DNA of 34,726 bases, from contig CAZFXZ010000003.1 of NCBI GenBank assembly GCA_964523165.1, forward strand, positions 1 through 34,726, read 5' to 3'. Shown here piece after piece: positions 15,510 through 22,796 of this stretch. Source of the stretch: an uncultured Gammaproteobacteria bacterium (GTDB lineage: Bacteria > Patescibacteriota > Patescibacteriia > JACRDY01). Each line of letters begins with the position of its first letter. Within the stretch, counting starts at the first letter, position 1. Below the pieces are notes generated by a model, which ran no database searches, was not told the DNA's origin, and saw only the letters and a program-made list of their open reading frames with translations. Position numbers and translations under genes: made by a program.

Positions 15510-17082
15510 AGAAAAGAAAGAAAGAAATGTCGTTTGCTTGATCATCATCGGGCTGATACTTTTAAGCGTTGCTCCGCAATTAATTGGGGCATGGCGAGCC
15601 AATGACGAATATGTTTTTACCGGGACAAATTTCACTCAAACTTACGATTATCCTGTCTATTTGTCGTCGATCGAACAAGCCCGCCAAGGAAATTTTTTAT
15701 CACTTAATCTGTATACATCTGAAAATCAACGCGCGGTGTTGTTTAGTCCGTTGTGGTGGGTGTTGGGCAATATTAGTCGTCTGACAACGTTATCGCCGAT
15801 CATAATCTTTCATCTGGCTCGGGCTTTGTCGGGCGGTTTGTTGTTGGCGGCTCTTTACTGGTTGACCGGCAAAATGTTTGCCGATAGTCGTCAGCGTCTT
15901 ATGGCTTTGTTGGTGGTGGGGGCCAGCTCTGGTTGGGGAACTTGGGCTTTTTTGCAATCCGGAGCCTTGCAAAGTTGGTCGGAAATTTTTTATCGGGCAC
16001 CGATTGATTTGTGGGTGTCGGAAGCTAACACTTTTTTGACGCTTTACCATTCGCCACTCTTTATCGTCAGTCAATTATTGTTGGTGGTCATAATGTTTTC
16101 TTGGCTAGAAAAAAAGTATCAATGGTGGTTGCCGTTGGCCAGTGGCCTGTTGGCGCTTTTGCACCCCTATGATGTTTTTATTGTCACTGTCGTAGGCGGC
16201 CTGTGGTTGATTGGGCAAATTTTTTATAAAACAACGACTCGCCAACAACTGGTCAATTTGACATTAACAGCCGCGGGTATCGTACCAGTGATTTTTTATT
16301 ATCAACACTTTGTTTTAACGGAAAGTGTCATGGCCGGTTGGGCGGCGCGCAACATCACCTTGACCCCGCCCTTGATAAATTGGTTGTTGGGCTATGGCTG
16401 GCTCATCCCCTTGGCCGTTATCGGTCTGGTGAAAATAAAAAAAGACATTAATCAGTGTTGGCTGATGATAATATTGTGGTTAGTCAGCGCTGTTTTATTG
16501 TTAAGCGCGCCTCTAGATATTGCCAGACGTTTTAGCAATGGTTTGCATATCCCCTTAAGCTTATTGGCCGCGCGCGGTGGTTGGGACATATTATTGTTTT
16601 TAAAAAATCGTTTTGTCTGGCGGGCGATTTTTATTTGGATTGTGGGCGGCGGATTATTTTTAACCAATATAACTATTGTGGCTCAAGATATTTATAGTTA
16701 TCAAAATTACACTTTGCCAAATTATTTACCCCAAGATTATTACAATGGCGCGCGCTGGCTAGCCAACAACACTTTGGTCGATAGTGCGATCTTGGCTGAA
16801 CCCAGTCTGGGTAATTTGCTGCCGGCTTTTAGCGGCCGACGAGTTTTTGTCGGGCATGGTCATCAAACGATTGATTTTGAAAAAAAATCTCAAGCTTGGC
16901 AAGATTTTTTGTCGAGCAACGATGATGATGAACATAAAAAAAATTGGCTACACCAAATGGGAGTTGACTATTTGTGGTTTGATCAACAAACTGCCAAAAC
17001 CAGCTCATTTTTGCCCGGACAAAAAAAATACTTACAGCCGGCGTGGATCAGTCCAAGCTTGACTATTTATCGTCTAGAGTAA
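15496..17082 (+). CDS. Polytopic membrane protein with a C-terminal extracytoplasmic domain, GT-C-like (family not assigned)
   Basis: 528 aa with many TM helices followed by a ~130-aa soluble tail. It overlaps the upstream gene by 14 nt. Confidence 0.45.
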   Translation: MPLFKEKKERNVVCLIIIGLILLSVAPQLIGAWRANDEYVFTGTNFTQTYDYPVYLSSIEQARQGNFLSLNLYTSENQRAVLFSPLWWVLGNISRLTTLSPIIIFHLARALSGGLLLAALYWLTGKMFADSRQRLMALLVVGASSGWGTWAFLQSGALQSWSEIFYRAPIDLWVSEANTFLTLYHSPLFIVSQLLLVVIMFSWLEKKYQWWLPLASGLLALLHPYDVFIVTVVGGLWLIGQIFYKTTTRQQLVNLTLTAAGIVPVIFYYQHFVLTESVMAGWAARNITLTPPLINWLLGYGWLIPLAVIGLVKIKKDINQCWLMIILWLVSAVLLLSAPLDIARRFSNGLHIPLSLLAARGGWDILLFLKNRFVWRAIFIWIVGGGLFLTNITIVAQDIYSYQNYTLPNYLPQDYYNGARWLANNTLVDSAILAEPSLGNLLPAFSGRRVFVGHGHQTIDFEKKSQAWQDFLSSNDDDEHKKNWLHQMGVDYLWFDQQTAKTSSFLPGQKKYLQPAWISPSLTIYRLE

Positions 17083-18988
17083 AACAATTTGTCTGCAAGC
17101 TGGTCAGTGAGTCACTGACGGGGGCCAAGCCGCGACTGGCGTTGATTTGTACACCTCCGATGATTTTGACCAAATCCAAACAAAATTTTATATCGCTAGA
17201 TTGTGGTTGGGGCCAAGATAAATGATAATCGCTCCGAGTTGATTGTCGAGAAGGAGAAAAGATATCGGCTAGACCGTAGGCGATGGGCAGGAGTCGACTG
17301 GCGGTGGTTTGATCGTGGTTATCAACCAATCGCACTTGCCAAGCTGTGACAGTATCTTGAGATTTGGCGTTTTGAAAATCACAACTAAAATCTAATTGGC
17401 TGGTGGGCGGGAATAATCTTTGGCAGTCAGCCAGAGATTTTTGATTTTGATAATCTTGAATGTTGATTGGTAGGGGATTTTTGTCAGTATTTTTTTGCAG
17501 TAAAAAAACACTATCGACCGCCTCAACGAGACGAAAGTTTTTGGTGATCAAAAAATTTTGTAAATTGTCGGTGCTGTTTAGCAAGGCCGGGCGGTAAAAA
17601 TTGTTTGGCCAATATTGCAATTGATAAGTTAAGATTTCGTCAAAATTGATGATGGCGTAGTCAATGTCATCACTGAGCGTAAATTTTTGCTGGGAATATT
17701 GTTGTTGACCGATAAAGACGTAATTTAAAGCTACGACGTTTGGACGACTGGACAGAGCGGGCAAAAATTCATAACTGGCGACCACGCCGGCTTGGGCTGG
17801 GATTTTGTCGAGTAGGGCTTTTTGAGCTGTTATGACATTTAGCGGCCGCGAGGTTTGTAAAATATTTGGTCCGATCATAATTGTGGTATAGAGCAGACAA
17901 ACCCCGGCCATGATCAAAATAAAATTATGATGATCGGGATAGCGTTTTAATAAAACCGGTGCGGCGTAAAGCGAGCTGACGAAAAGACCGATCATCAAGG
18001 GTAGGGCGTAATGAGTTTGAAAGATTAAAGCTCCGCCGCCCGGTGCGCCCAAAATAATTGGCAGTAACGGCAAGCTCGACAGCCACCAGTAATGTGGTTT
18101 GAGTAAGGGCAAAAACAAACAGGACAACAACAAGCCCAAGACCATTTCCAGATTGCCGATCGTCAAAAAATGTTTCAATAGCAAACCGGGCTTAAGAAAA
18201 GAAGTTTGTAAAATTTCCCACCAGCCGTTACCCAGCCAACTGTAATAAATAAAAAATTTGTAATGAGTGTCGGGGTTAAAATAAGCGATGATTTTTAAAC
18301 TGGCTACCAACCAAAAAGCGCTTAGAGCAAAAATCGGCATCAGCCAGGCCCAATTTATTTTTTGCTGATTTTTCCAGTCGTCAAAAAATATAAAAATACC
18401 CAAGCTGGCTAAAACTAAAGCCATGTCTTCGCGAACCAACAACAGTAAAATGGCGGTCAAAAAAAATGGCCAGTATTTTTTTTCTAACCAAAAATAAAAC
18501 AACCCAAAACCCAACAACGGCACCAAAGATAAAAAATGAAATTCATAAAAAGCCGCGTTTAAAACAACCGGATTAAAAAGATAAAATATTACGGCCAGCA
18601 GTGCAACCTTTTCTTTTGACCAAATTTTTTTAGCGATCAAATACAGCGGCATGGCACCCAAACTAATTAATATTACTTGTATGATGACTAGGCCCCAAGC
18701 GCTTTGACCCAGTAGGACATAAAATGGCAAGAGCAAGAGCAAGATCGGCGAAAAGTGATCGCCCAGATAAGAGCTGGGGTGGATGGATGAGGCAAAGGGC
18801 GCGCCGTGAGCGGTGTTATAAAAAGCTTGATTGATAATACTCAGGTCTAGGGCGTTATAACCTAAAACGTAGTATTTGTAAGAAACTAGAGCGCCAACCA
18901 CAATGATATAAAACAAAATAAAACCGGTCAGCCAGTGCTGGGCCGAGTAAAAATCGACTATTTTTCTTAATTTAGCTTGTATTGACAT
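17063..18988 (-). CDS. DUF2079-like polytopic membrane protein
   Basis: 641 aa. The N-terminal YNALDLSIINQAFYNTAHGAPFASSI...LGDHFSPILLLLLPFY matches my recollection of the DUF2079 signature. A large C-terminal soluble domain follows. Its 3' end overlaps the convergent gene by 20 nt. Confidence 0.6.
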   Translation of the reverse strand: MSIQAKLRKIVDFYSAQHWLTGFILFYIIVVGALVSYKYYVLGYNALDLSIINQAFYNTAHGAPFASSIHPSSYLGDHFSPILLLLLPFYVLLGQSAWGLVIIQVILISLGAMPLYLIAKKIWSKEKVALLAVIFYLFNPVVLNAAFYEFHFLSLVPLLGFGLFYFWLEKKYWPFFLTAILLLLVREDMALVLASLGIFIFFDDWKNQQKINWAWLMPIFALSAFWLVASLKIIAYFNPDTHYKFFIYYSWLGNGWWEILQTSFLKPGLLLKHFLTIGNLEMVLGLLLSCLFLPLLKPHYWWLSSLPLLPIILGAPGGGALIFQTHYALPLMIGLFVSSLYAAPVLLKRYPDHHNFILIMAGVCLLYTTIMIGPNILQTSRPLNVITAQKALLDKIPAQAGVVASYEFLPALSSRPNVVALNYVFIGQQQYSQQKFTLSDDIDYAIINFDEILTYQLQYWPNNFYRPALLNSTDNLQNFLITKNFRLVEAVDSVFLLQKNTDKNPLPINIQDYQNQKSLADCQRLFPPTSQLDFSCDFQNAKSQDTVTAWQVRLVDNHDQTTASRLLPIAYGLADIFSPSRQSTRSDYHLSWPQPQSSDIKFCLDLVKIIGGVQINASRGLAPVSDSLTSLQTNCFTLDDK

Positions 18989-19040
18989 TGGTTTAAAAAT
19001 CGCTTACGATTATCGCTGTCATTATACATTAGTAAGTTAT

Positions 19041-19116
19041 GCGGCGGTAGTTCAGTTGGTAGAACGCTTCCTTGCCAAGGAAGAGGTCGCCGGTTCGAGT
19101 CCGGTTCGCCGCTCCA
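19041..19116 (+). tRNA. tRNA-Gly (anticodon GCC), CCA encoded
   Basis: Cloverleaf by hand: GCGGCGG / GTTC..GAAC / CTTCC-TTGCCAA-GGAAG / GCCGG-TTCGAGT-CCGGT / TCGCCGC-T-CCA. Confidence 0.9.
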
Positions 19117-19127
19117 ATAAAAAATAG

Positions 19128-19164
19128 AGAGGTCGTCCCGCAAGGCGGGATTCGCCGCTCCAAT
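19128..19164 (+). repeat. Partial 3' copy of tRNA-Gly with the T-arm replaced by a different hairpin
   Basis: The copy reads AGAGGTCG, then TCCCGCAAGGCGGGA, then TTCGCCGCTCCAAT. The gene reads AGAGGTCG, then CCGGTTCGAGTCCGG, then TTCGCCGCTCCAAT. The replaced block is 15 nt in both. Confidence 0.7.
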
Positions 19165-19174
19165 GACATTAAAG

Positions 19175-19263
19175 AGTAGTTGGTAATTTGTAGTTAGTAG
19201 TTAGGATGTTATGATAAGGCCGTTGCCCTAATTACAAAATACGAATTGCTAACTACTTTTTTT
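19175..19263 (+). other. Long AT-rich imperfect hairpin followed by a T7 run (terminator or small RNA candidate)
   Basis: Two 31-nt arms, 19175-19205 and 19227-19257, pair with 25 Watson-Crick pairs, 3 G-U pairs and 3 mismatches. The loop is 21 nt. TTTTTTT lies at 19257-19263. Confidence 0.45.
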
Positions 19264-19264
19264 G

Positions 19265-19313
19265 AGCCGAGGTGGCGGAACTGTCCCGAAGGGACCCCTT
19301 CGGGGGTAGACGC
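19265..19313 (+). repeat. Partial 5' copy of tRNA-Leu interrupted in the D-loop by a 22-nt GC palindrome
   Basis: AGCCGAGGTGGCGGAACTG (19265-19283) and GTAGACGC (19306-19313) equal 19571-19597 of the real gene. The insert is TCCCGAAGGGACCCCTTCGGGG. Confidence 0.75.
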
Positions 19314-19316
19314 TTT

Positions 19317-19571
19317 ATGAAATATTATGTTTATATATTAAAATCAAAAAATAAGAATTGGTTTTATATTGGTTGCACTAAAGATCTTAACAAGCGATTA
19401 GAAAAACATAATAAAGGAGCTGTTAGGTCTACTAAGGCCTATAAACAATTTGAACCAATATTCATGAGAGAATTTGAAAATTTAAGCCAAGCTAGAAAAT
19501 ATGAAGATCATTTAAAATCACCCAAAGGTTATTTAGAAAAATTAGAAATTATAAAAAAATATAAAGATTAA
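19317..19571 (+). CDS. Small GIY-YIG nuclease family protein
   Basis: 84 aa from ATG 19317: MKYYVYILKSKNKNWFYIGCTKDLNKRLEKHNKG...REFENLSQARKYEDHLKS, showing GIY / YIG / R / E features of the YhbQ/UPF0213 type. The track start at 19272 would read through the tRNA-like stub. The TAA stop ends at 19571 and abuts the tRNA. Confidence 0.75.
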   Translation: MKYYVYILKSKNKNWFYIGCTKDLNKRLEKHNKGAVRSTKAYKQFEPIFMREFENLSQARKYEDHLKSPKGYLEKLEIIKKYKD

Positions 19572-19660
19572 GCCGAGGTGGCGGAACTGGTAGACGCGAA
19601 GGACTTAAAATCCTTTGAGAATTAAATCTCGTGCGGGTTCGATTCCCGCTCTCGGCACCA
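19572..19660 (+). tRNA. tRNA-Leu (anticodon TAA), long variable arm, CCA encoded
   Basis: GCCGAGG acceptor, anticodon stem-loop AAGGA-CTTAAAA-TCCTT, T-arm GCGGG-TTCGATT-CCCGC, 3' end TCTCGGC-A-CCA. Confidence 0.9.
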
Positions 19661-19665
19661 CAAAA

Positions 19666-19692
19666 CCCATCCGTGAAGGATGGAGTTTTTTT
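19666..19692 (+). terminator. Intrinsic terminator after tRNA-Leu
   Basis: CCATCC, loop GTGAA, GGATGG, then AG plus TTTTTTT. Confidence 0.7.
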
Positions 19693-19728
19693 ATTAAAAA
19701 ACCCCAATTGGTAAAAACCACGGGGTTT
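19690..19728 (-). terminator. Intrinsic terminator after pyrC
   Basis: The minus strand reads AAACCCC...GGGGTTT followed by TTTAATAAAAAAA. Confidence 0.5.
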
Positions 19729-19739
19729 AGAATAGACGC

Positions 19740-20768
19740 TCAGGCCACGCGCCACTCCAGAGTTTCGCCGCTCCAGAAAGGCACGACGCCGGCGATTTCG
19801 GCCGGCACCATCCAGGGGTCGACGTACAGTTCGATGGTCTGGTCGGTGGCTGGGAGTTTGTGAAACTCCCGGAAAAAACCGGAGGTAAAGCCGGCCAGTC
19901 CGCCCAAGACGTTGTATGTATTAAAGATCTCTGCCAGTCCGGGCAGTAAGACCGGCGCGGAAAACACCCCACACGAGCCATGGCCCGATTCTTTTTTGAT
20001 CCGCAGATGCGGCGCCGAGTCGGAGCCCAGCATAAATCGGGGATGGCCGTCGAATACGACTTCTTGCAAAGCCCGCCGGTCGCCGGGGTTTTTTGGTACG
20101 GGCATGCACATATTGTGCGGCCGCGTGCCGGTGCCGATGACATCATCGAGCGTACAGATGAGATGATGAAGCGTGATGGTGGCCGCCACGCCGGTTCGAG
20201 CCGACTTGATCATTTCGACGCCCGCCTTGGTCGAGACGTGTTCGAGCACGACGCGCAGTTTGTCGAATTTTTTGATCAACTCGACAAACATCGGCAGAAA
20301 ATTGCTCTCACGATCCATGATCGTTGAGTCAGGCGTGGCGTGCTCGCCATGGATGAGCAGAGGCATGTCCAGATCGGACATGGCGGCCAGCACTTTGCCG
20401 ATGTGACGAGCGGCCAGATCGGCCGGCCCGGACGAAGAATTGGTCGTCATGCCGCGCGGGTAGACCTTGACGGCAAAGACTCCGGCCTGATGAGCTTGCT
20501 CGATCATGTCCGGCTTTGTGTCGTCGGTCAGATATATGGTCATCAGTGGTTGGAAGTCATGATGACCGGCCATTCGGCAAGCGTCGATGATGCTCTGTTT
20601 GTACGTCCTCGCTTCGACCGCCGTGGTGATCGGCGGCGTCAGGTTGGGCATGACCACGGCGGCGGCGAAATCTCTGGCCGTCAGCGGCGCGACGGCTGTC
20701 AGCATGGCGTGGTCGCGAAAATGGACATGGCCATCGATCGGCCGCGGGATCATCATGTGGTCTGTCAC
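19740..20768 (-). CDS. pyrC: Dihydroorotase, E. coli-type (class II) PyrC
   Basis: 342 aa. It is colinear with E. coli PyrC, including the metal and active-site motifs DGHVHFRD (HxH), FAVKVYP (carboxylated Lys), LLIHGE, VLEHVST and LGSDSAPH. GTG start with GGAGG 5 nt upstream. Visibly GC-rich. Confidence 0.88.
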   Translation of the reverse strand: MTDHMMIPRPIDGHVHFRDHAMLTAVAPLTARDFAAAVVMPNLTPPITTAVEARTYKQSIIDACRMAGHHDFQPLMTIYLTDDTKPDMIEQAHQAGVFAVKVYPRGMTTNSSSGPADLAARHIGKVLAAMSDLDMPLLIHGEHATPDSTIMDRESNFLPMFVELIKKFDKLRVVLEHVSTKAGVEMIKSARTGVAATITLHHLICTLDDVIGTGTRPHNMCMPVPKNPGDRRALQEVVFDGHPRFMLGSDSAPHLRIKKESGHGSCGVFSAPVLLPGLAEIFNTYNVLGGLAGFTSGFFREFHKLPATDQTIELYVDPWMVPAEIAGVVPFWSGETLEWRVA

Positions 20769-20838
20769 GGCAACCTCCTTTATGGGTTGTGAAGATCTGG
20801 TCGCATCTAATCACAACCACCCTAATTTTGCAAGATTA

Positions 20839-20867
20839 TTGACAAAACATTATGGCCAGAGTAAATT
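20839..20867 (+). promoter_or_regulatory. Sigma70-type promoter driving the leader of orphan 5
   Basis: TTGACA (20839-20844), 17-nt spacer, TAAATT (20862-20867). Confidence 0.55.
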
Positions 20868-20877
20868 ACAAAATAAT

Positions 20878-21002
20878 ATGCTAAGTTACAATCTCGGTTT
20901 GATTGTCAGCTTGATTATCGCCTCACGGCGCGAGGTTTTTGTGGCTTAGATACAGAGAGCAGTTAGCGATTACCACAAACCTCGCTTCGGCGAGGTTTTT
21001 TG
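20878..21002 (+). promoter_or_regulatory. Structured 5' leader: 23-codon hydrophobic mini-ORF, alternative pairing and intrinsic terminator
   Basis: The mini-ORF 20878-20949 encodes MLSYNLGLIVSLIIASRREVFVA. GAGGTTTTTGTGG (20932-20944) can pair with CCACAAACCTC (20973-20983). That pairing competes with the terminator AACCTCGC-TTCG-GCGAGGTT plus T-run (20978-21002). Confidence 0.45.
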
Positions 21003-21045
21003 ATAGAGCCGTTCTTTTTGGTCACCACATCACAGGAGGTTTTGG

Positions 21046-21672
21046 ATGAAAGCTTGTCGCAAGGATGTTGGTCCATTTTCTGACCAACATGATCTGACTA
21101 CGGCCTTGCCAACACAGTGGCAAATCTTGGCCGACGCCGGTGCGGCTGCCGTCATGCGCTGGACTGACAAAAGGCTGTTGGATCACTGTCGCAAGCTGAC
21201 CGAGCAAGCTGGGCAAAATGATCTGCCTTTGCAAGTTTGCGCCGTAATCCCCATGCGGAGTCAAAGAGTCGTCGGGTCGAATATGGTCCGGCGCCATGAA
21301 GTTGATCACGTCTCCGACTTTGAGGCCGTGCCGACTCGGCCGTATGTGATTTGCGGTCTGACGTTGAGCTGGGAATCTCTGCTGCGCGTCCCGCCGTATA
21401 TGGCGGATAAGATTCTCAAAAACACCAATCAGCAGTATGGTTCAAAGGCTCGCGGCCTGACGCTGGCTGAGGGTGTCTGCTTGGCCCTGGCCTATCCTCG
21501 ACTGCTGAACAGTGTCTCGATGTCACTGATCGGCTCGTGTGTCGGCACCAATCACATCACGACGATTCGGCGTGGAGAAGATGGCGCTATCGTCGTCGAG
21601 CCCCTACACTGGGGGGAGACGCCGATGGGACAAAACATCACGCCATGCTGCGAAGGAGTCGTTGCGCTTTAA
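21046..21672 (+). CDS. Hypothetical protein (GC-rich orphan 5)
   Basis: 208 aa. AGGAGG lies 6 nt upstream of the ATG. I recognise no domain. The minus ORF 21022-21309 is a shadow. Confidence 0.6.
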   Translation: MKACRKDVGPFSDQHDLTTALPTQWQILADAGAAAVMRWTDKRLLDHCRKLTEQAGQNDLPLQVCAVIPMRSQRVVGSNMVRRHEVDHVSDFEAVPTRPYVICGLTLSWESLLRVPPYMADKILKNTNQQYGSKARGLTLAEGVCLALAYPRLLNSVSMSLIGSCVGTNHITTIRRGEDGAIVVEPLHWGETPMGQNITPCCEGVVAL

Positions 21673-21730
21673 CCGTTTTACCAAAAACGGTTTTTTTATC
21701 CCGTCGTTCGCGAGCGACGGGATTTATTTG
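21671..21730 (+). terminator. Tandem intrinsic terminators after orphan 5
   Basis: First AACCGTTTT-ACCA-AAAACGGTT plus TTTTTTT. Then ATCCCGTCG-TTCGCGAG-CGACGGGAT plus TTATTT. Confidence 0.7.
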
Positions 21731-21769
21731 GCTTGTTTTTTGCTCATAAAAAAGCTAAACTAGCACTAT

Positions 21770-22795
21770 ATGATTACTTCTGACGATCGTCTGGTCGCTC
21801 CCAGTGAAGCCGATAATGAAATCGAGCTCGAGGTCGGTTTGCGGCCTAAAACTTTAGCTGAATATGTCGGCCAACAAAAGATCAAAAACAATCTAGAGAT
21901 TTTTATGGCCGCGGCCAAAAAACGTGGCGAGCCGCTTGAGCATGTTTTGCTTTATGGTCCGCCGGGCTTGGGTAAAACCACCTTGGCTCACATCATTGCC
22001 AGTGAAATGGGGGCTAATATTCGCGTGACTTCCGGTCCGGCGATTGAACGCTCGGGCGACCTAGCGGCCATTTTGACCAATTTAGCCGATGGCGATGTCT
22101 TGTTTATCGACGAAATTCATCGTCTAAATAAAGTTGTGGAAGAAATATTGTATCCGGCCATGGAAGATTACGCTCTAGATATTGTCATCGGCAAAGGACC
22201 GTCGGCCAAAACCTTGCGCTTGGCTTTGCCAAAATTTACGATCATTGGCGCTACGACCAAAGTTGGCTCGCTGTCATCGCCGTTGCGCGATCGTTTTGGC
22301 AATATTTATCATTTGGATTTTTATCAAGATGATGAAATTGAAAAAATTATTAAACGATCAGCCAAAATATTAAACATTGATTGTCAGCCAGCCGCCGGCG
22401 CGCTGATCGCCAGTCGGGCTCGCAAGACGCCGCGCATCGCCAACCGCTTACTCAAACGCGTCCGCGACTTTGCGGAAATCAAAGGCAGTGGCACGATCAC
22501 CGTCGAGTCAACCAATCAAGCTTTGGATATGCTTGAGGTTGATGGTTTTGGTTTGGACGCTGTCGATCGTCGTTTGCTCGAAGTCATCATTGATAAATTT
22601 GCCGGTGGGCCGGTCGGTCTGGGCACAATCGCGGCGGCCATCTCCGAAGAGGTTGAAACCATCGAAGATGTTTATGAGCCGTTTTTAATGCAAATGGGTT
22701 TTTTGTCACGCACGCCGCGGGGACGCATGGCCACGGATTTGGCTTACAGTCATCTGGGTCGTCACAAGACGGCTACGCAAAAAATGATCATTTGA
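21770..22795 (+). CDS. ruvB: Holliday junction branch migration helicase RuvB
   Basis: 341 aa. [12 protein letters not shown], Walker [21 protein letters not shown], and the winged-helix C-terminus. It ends with TGA. Confidence 0.95.
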   Translation: MITSDDRLVAPSEADNEIELEVGLRPKTLAEYVGQQKIKNNLEIFMAAAKKRGEPLEHVLLYGPPGLGKTTLAHIIASEMGANIRVTSGPAIERSGDLAAILTNLADGDVLFIDEIHRLNKVVEEILYPAMEDYALDIVIGKGPSAKTLRLALPKFTIIGATTKVGSLSSPLRDRFGNIYHLDFYQDDEIEKIIKRSAKILNIDCQPAAGALIASRARKTPRIANRLLKRVRDFAEIKGSGTITVESTNQALDMLEVDGFGLDAVDRRLLEVIIDKFAGGPVGLGTIAAAISEEVETIEDVYEPFLMQMGFLSRTPRGRMATDLAYSHLGRHKTATQKMII

Positions 22796-22796
22796 T

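Noticed and set aside
19912-20949. Multiple plus- and minus-strand ORFs overlapping pyrC: 19980-20327, 20340-20792, 20587-20949, 20557-20820, 19727-20146 and others.
   Set aside because: The pyrC frame is validated by its full set of catalytic motifs. The others are GC-driven shadows. Only the last 23 codons of 20587-20949 are reconsidered, as a possible leader mini-ORF.
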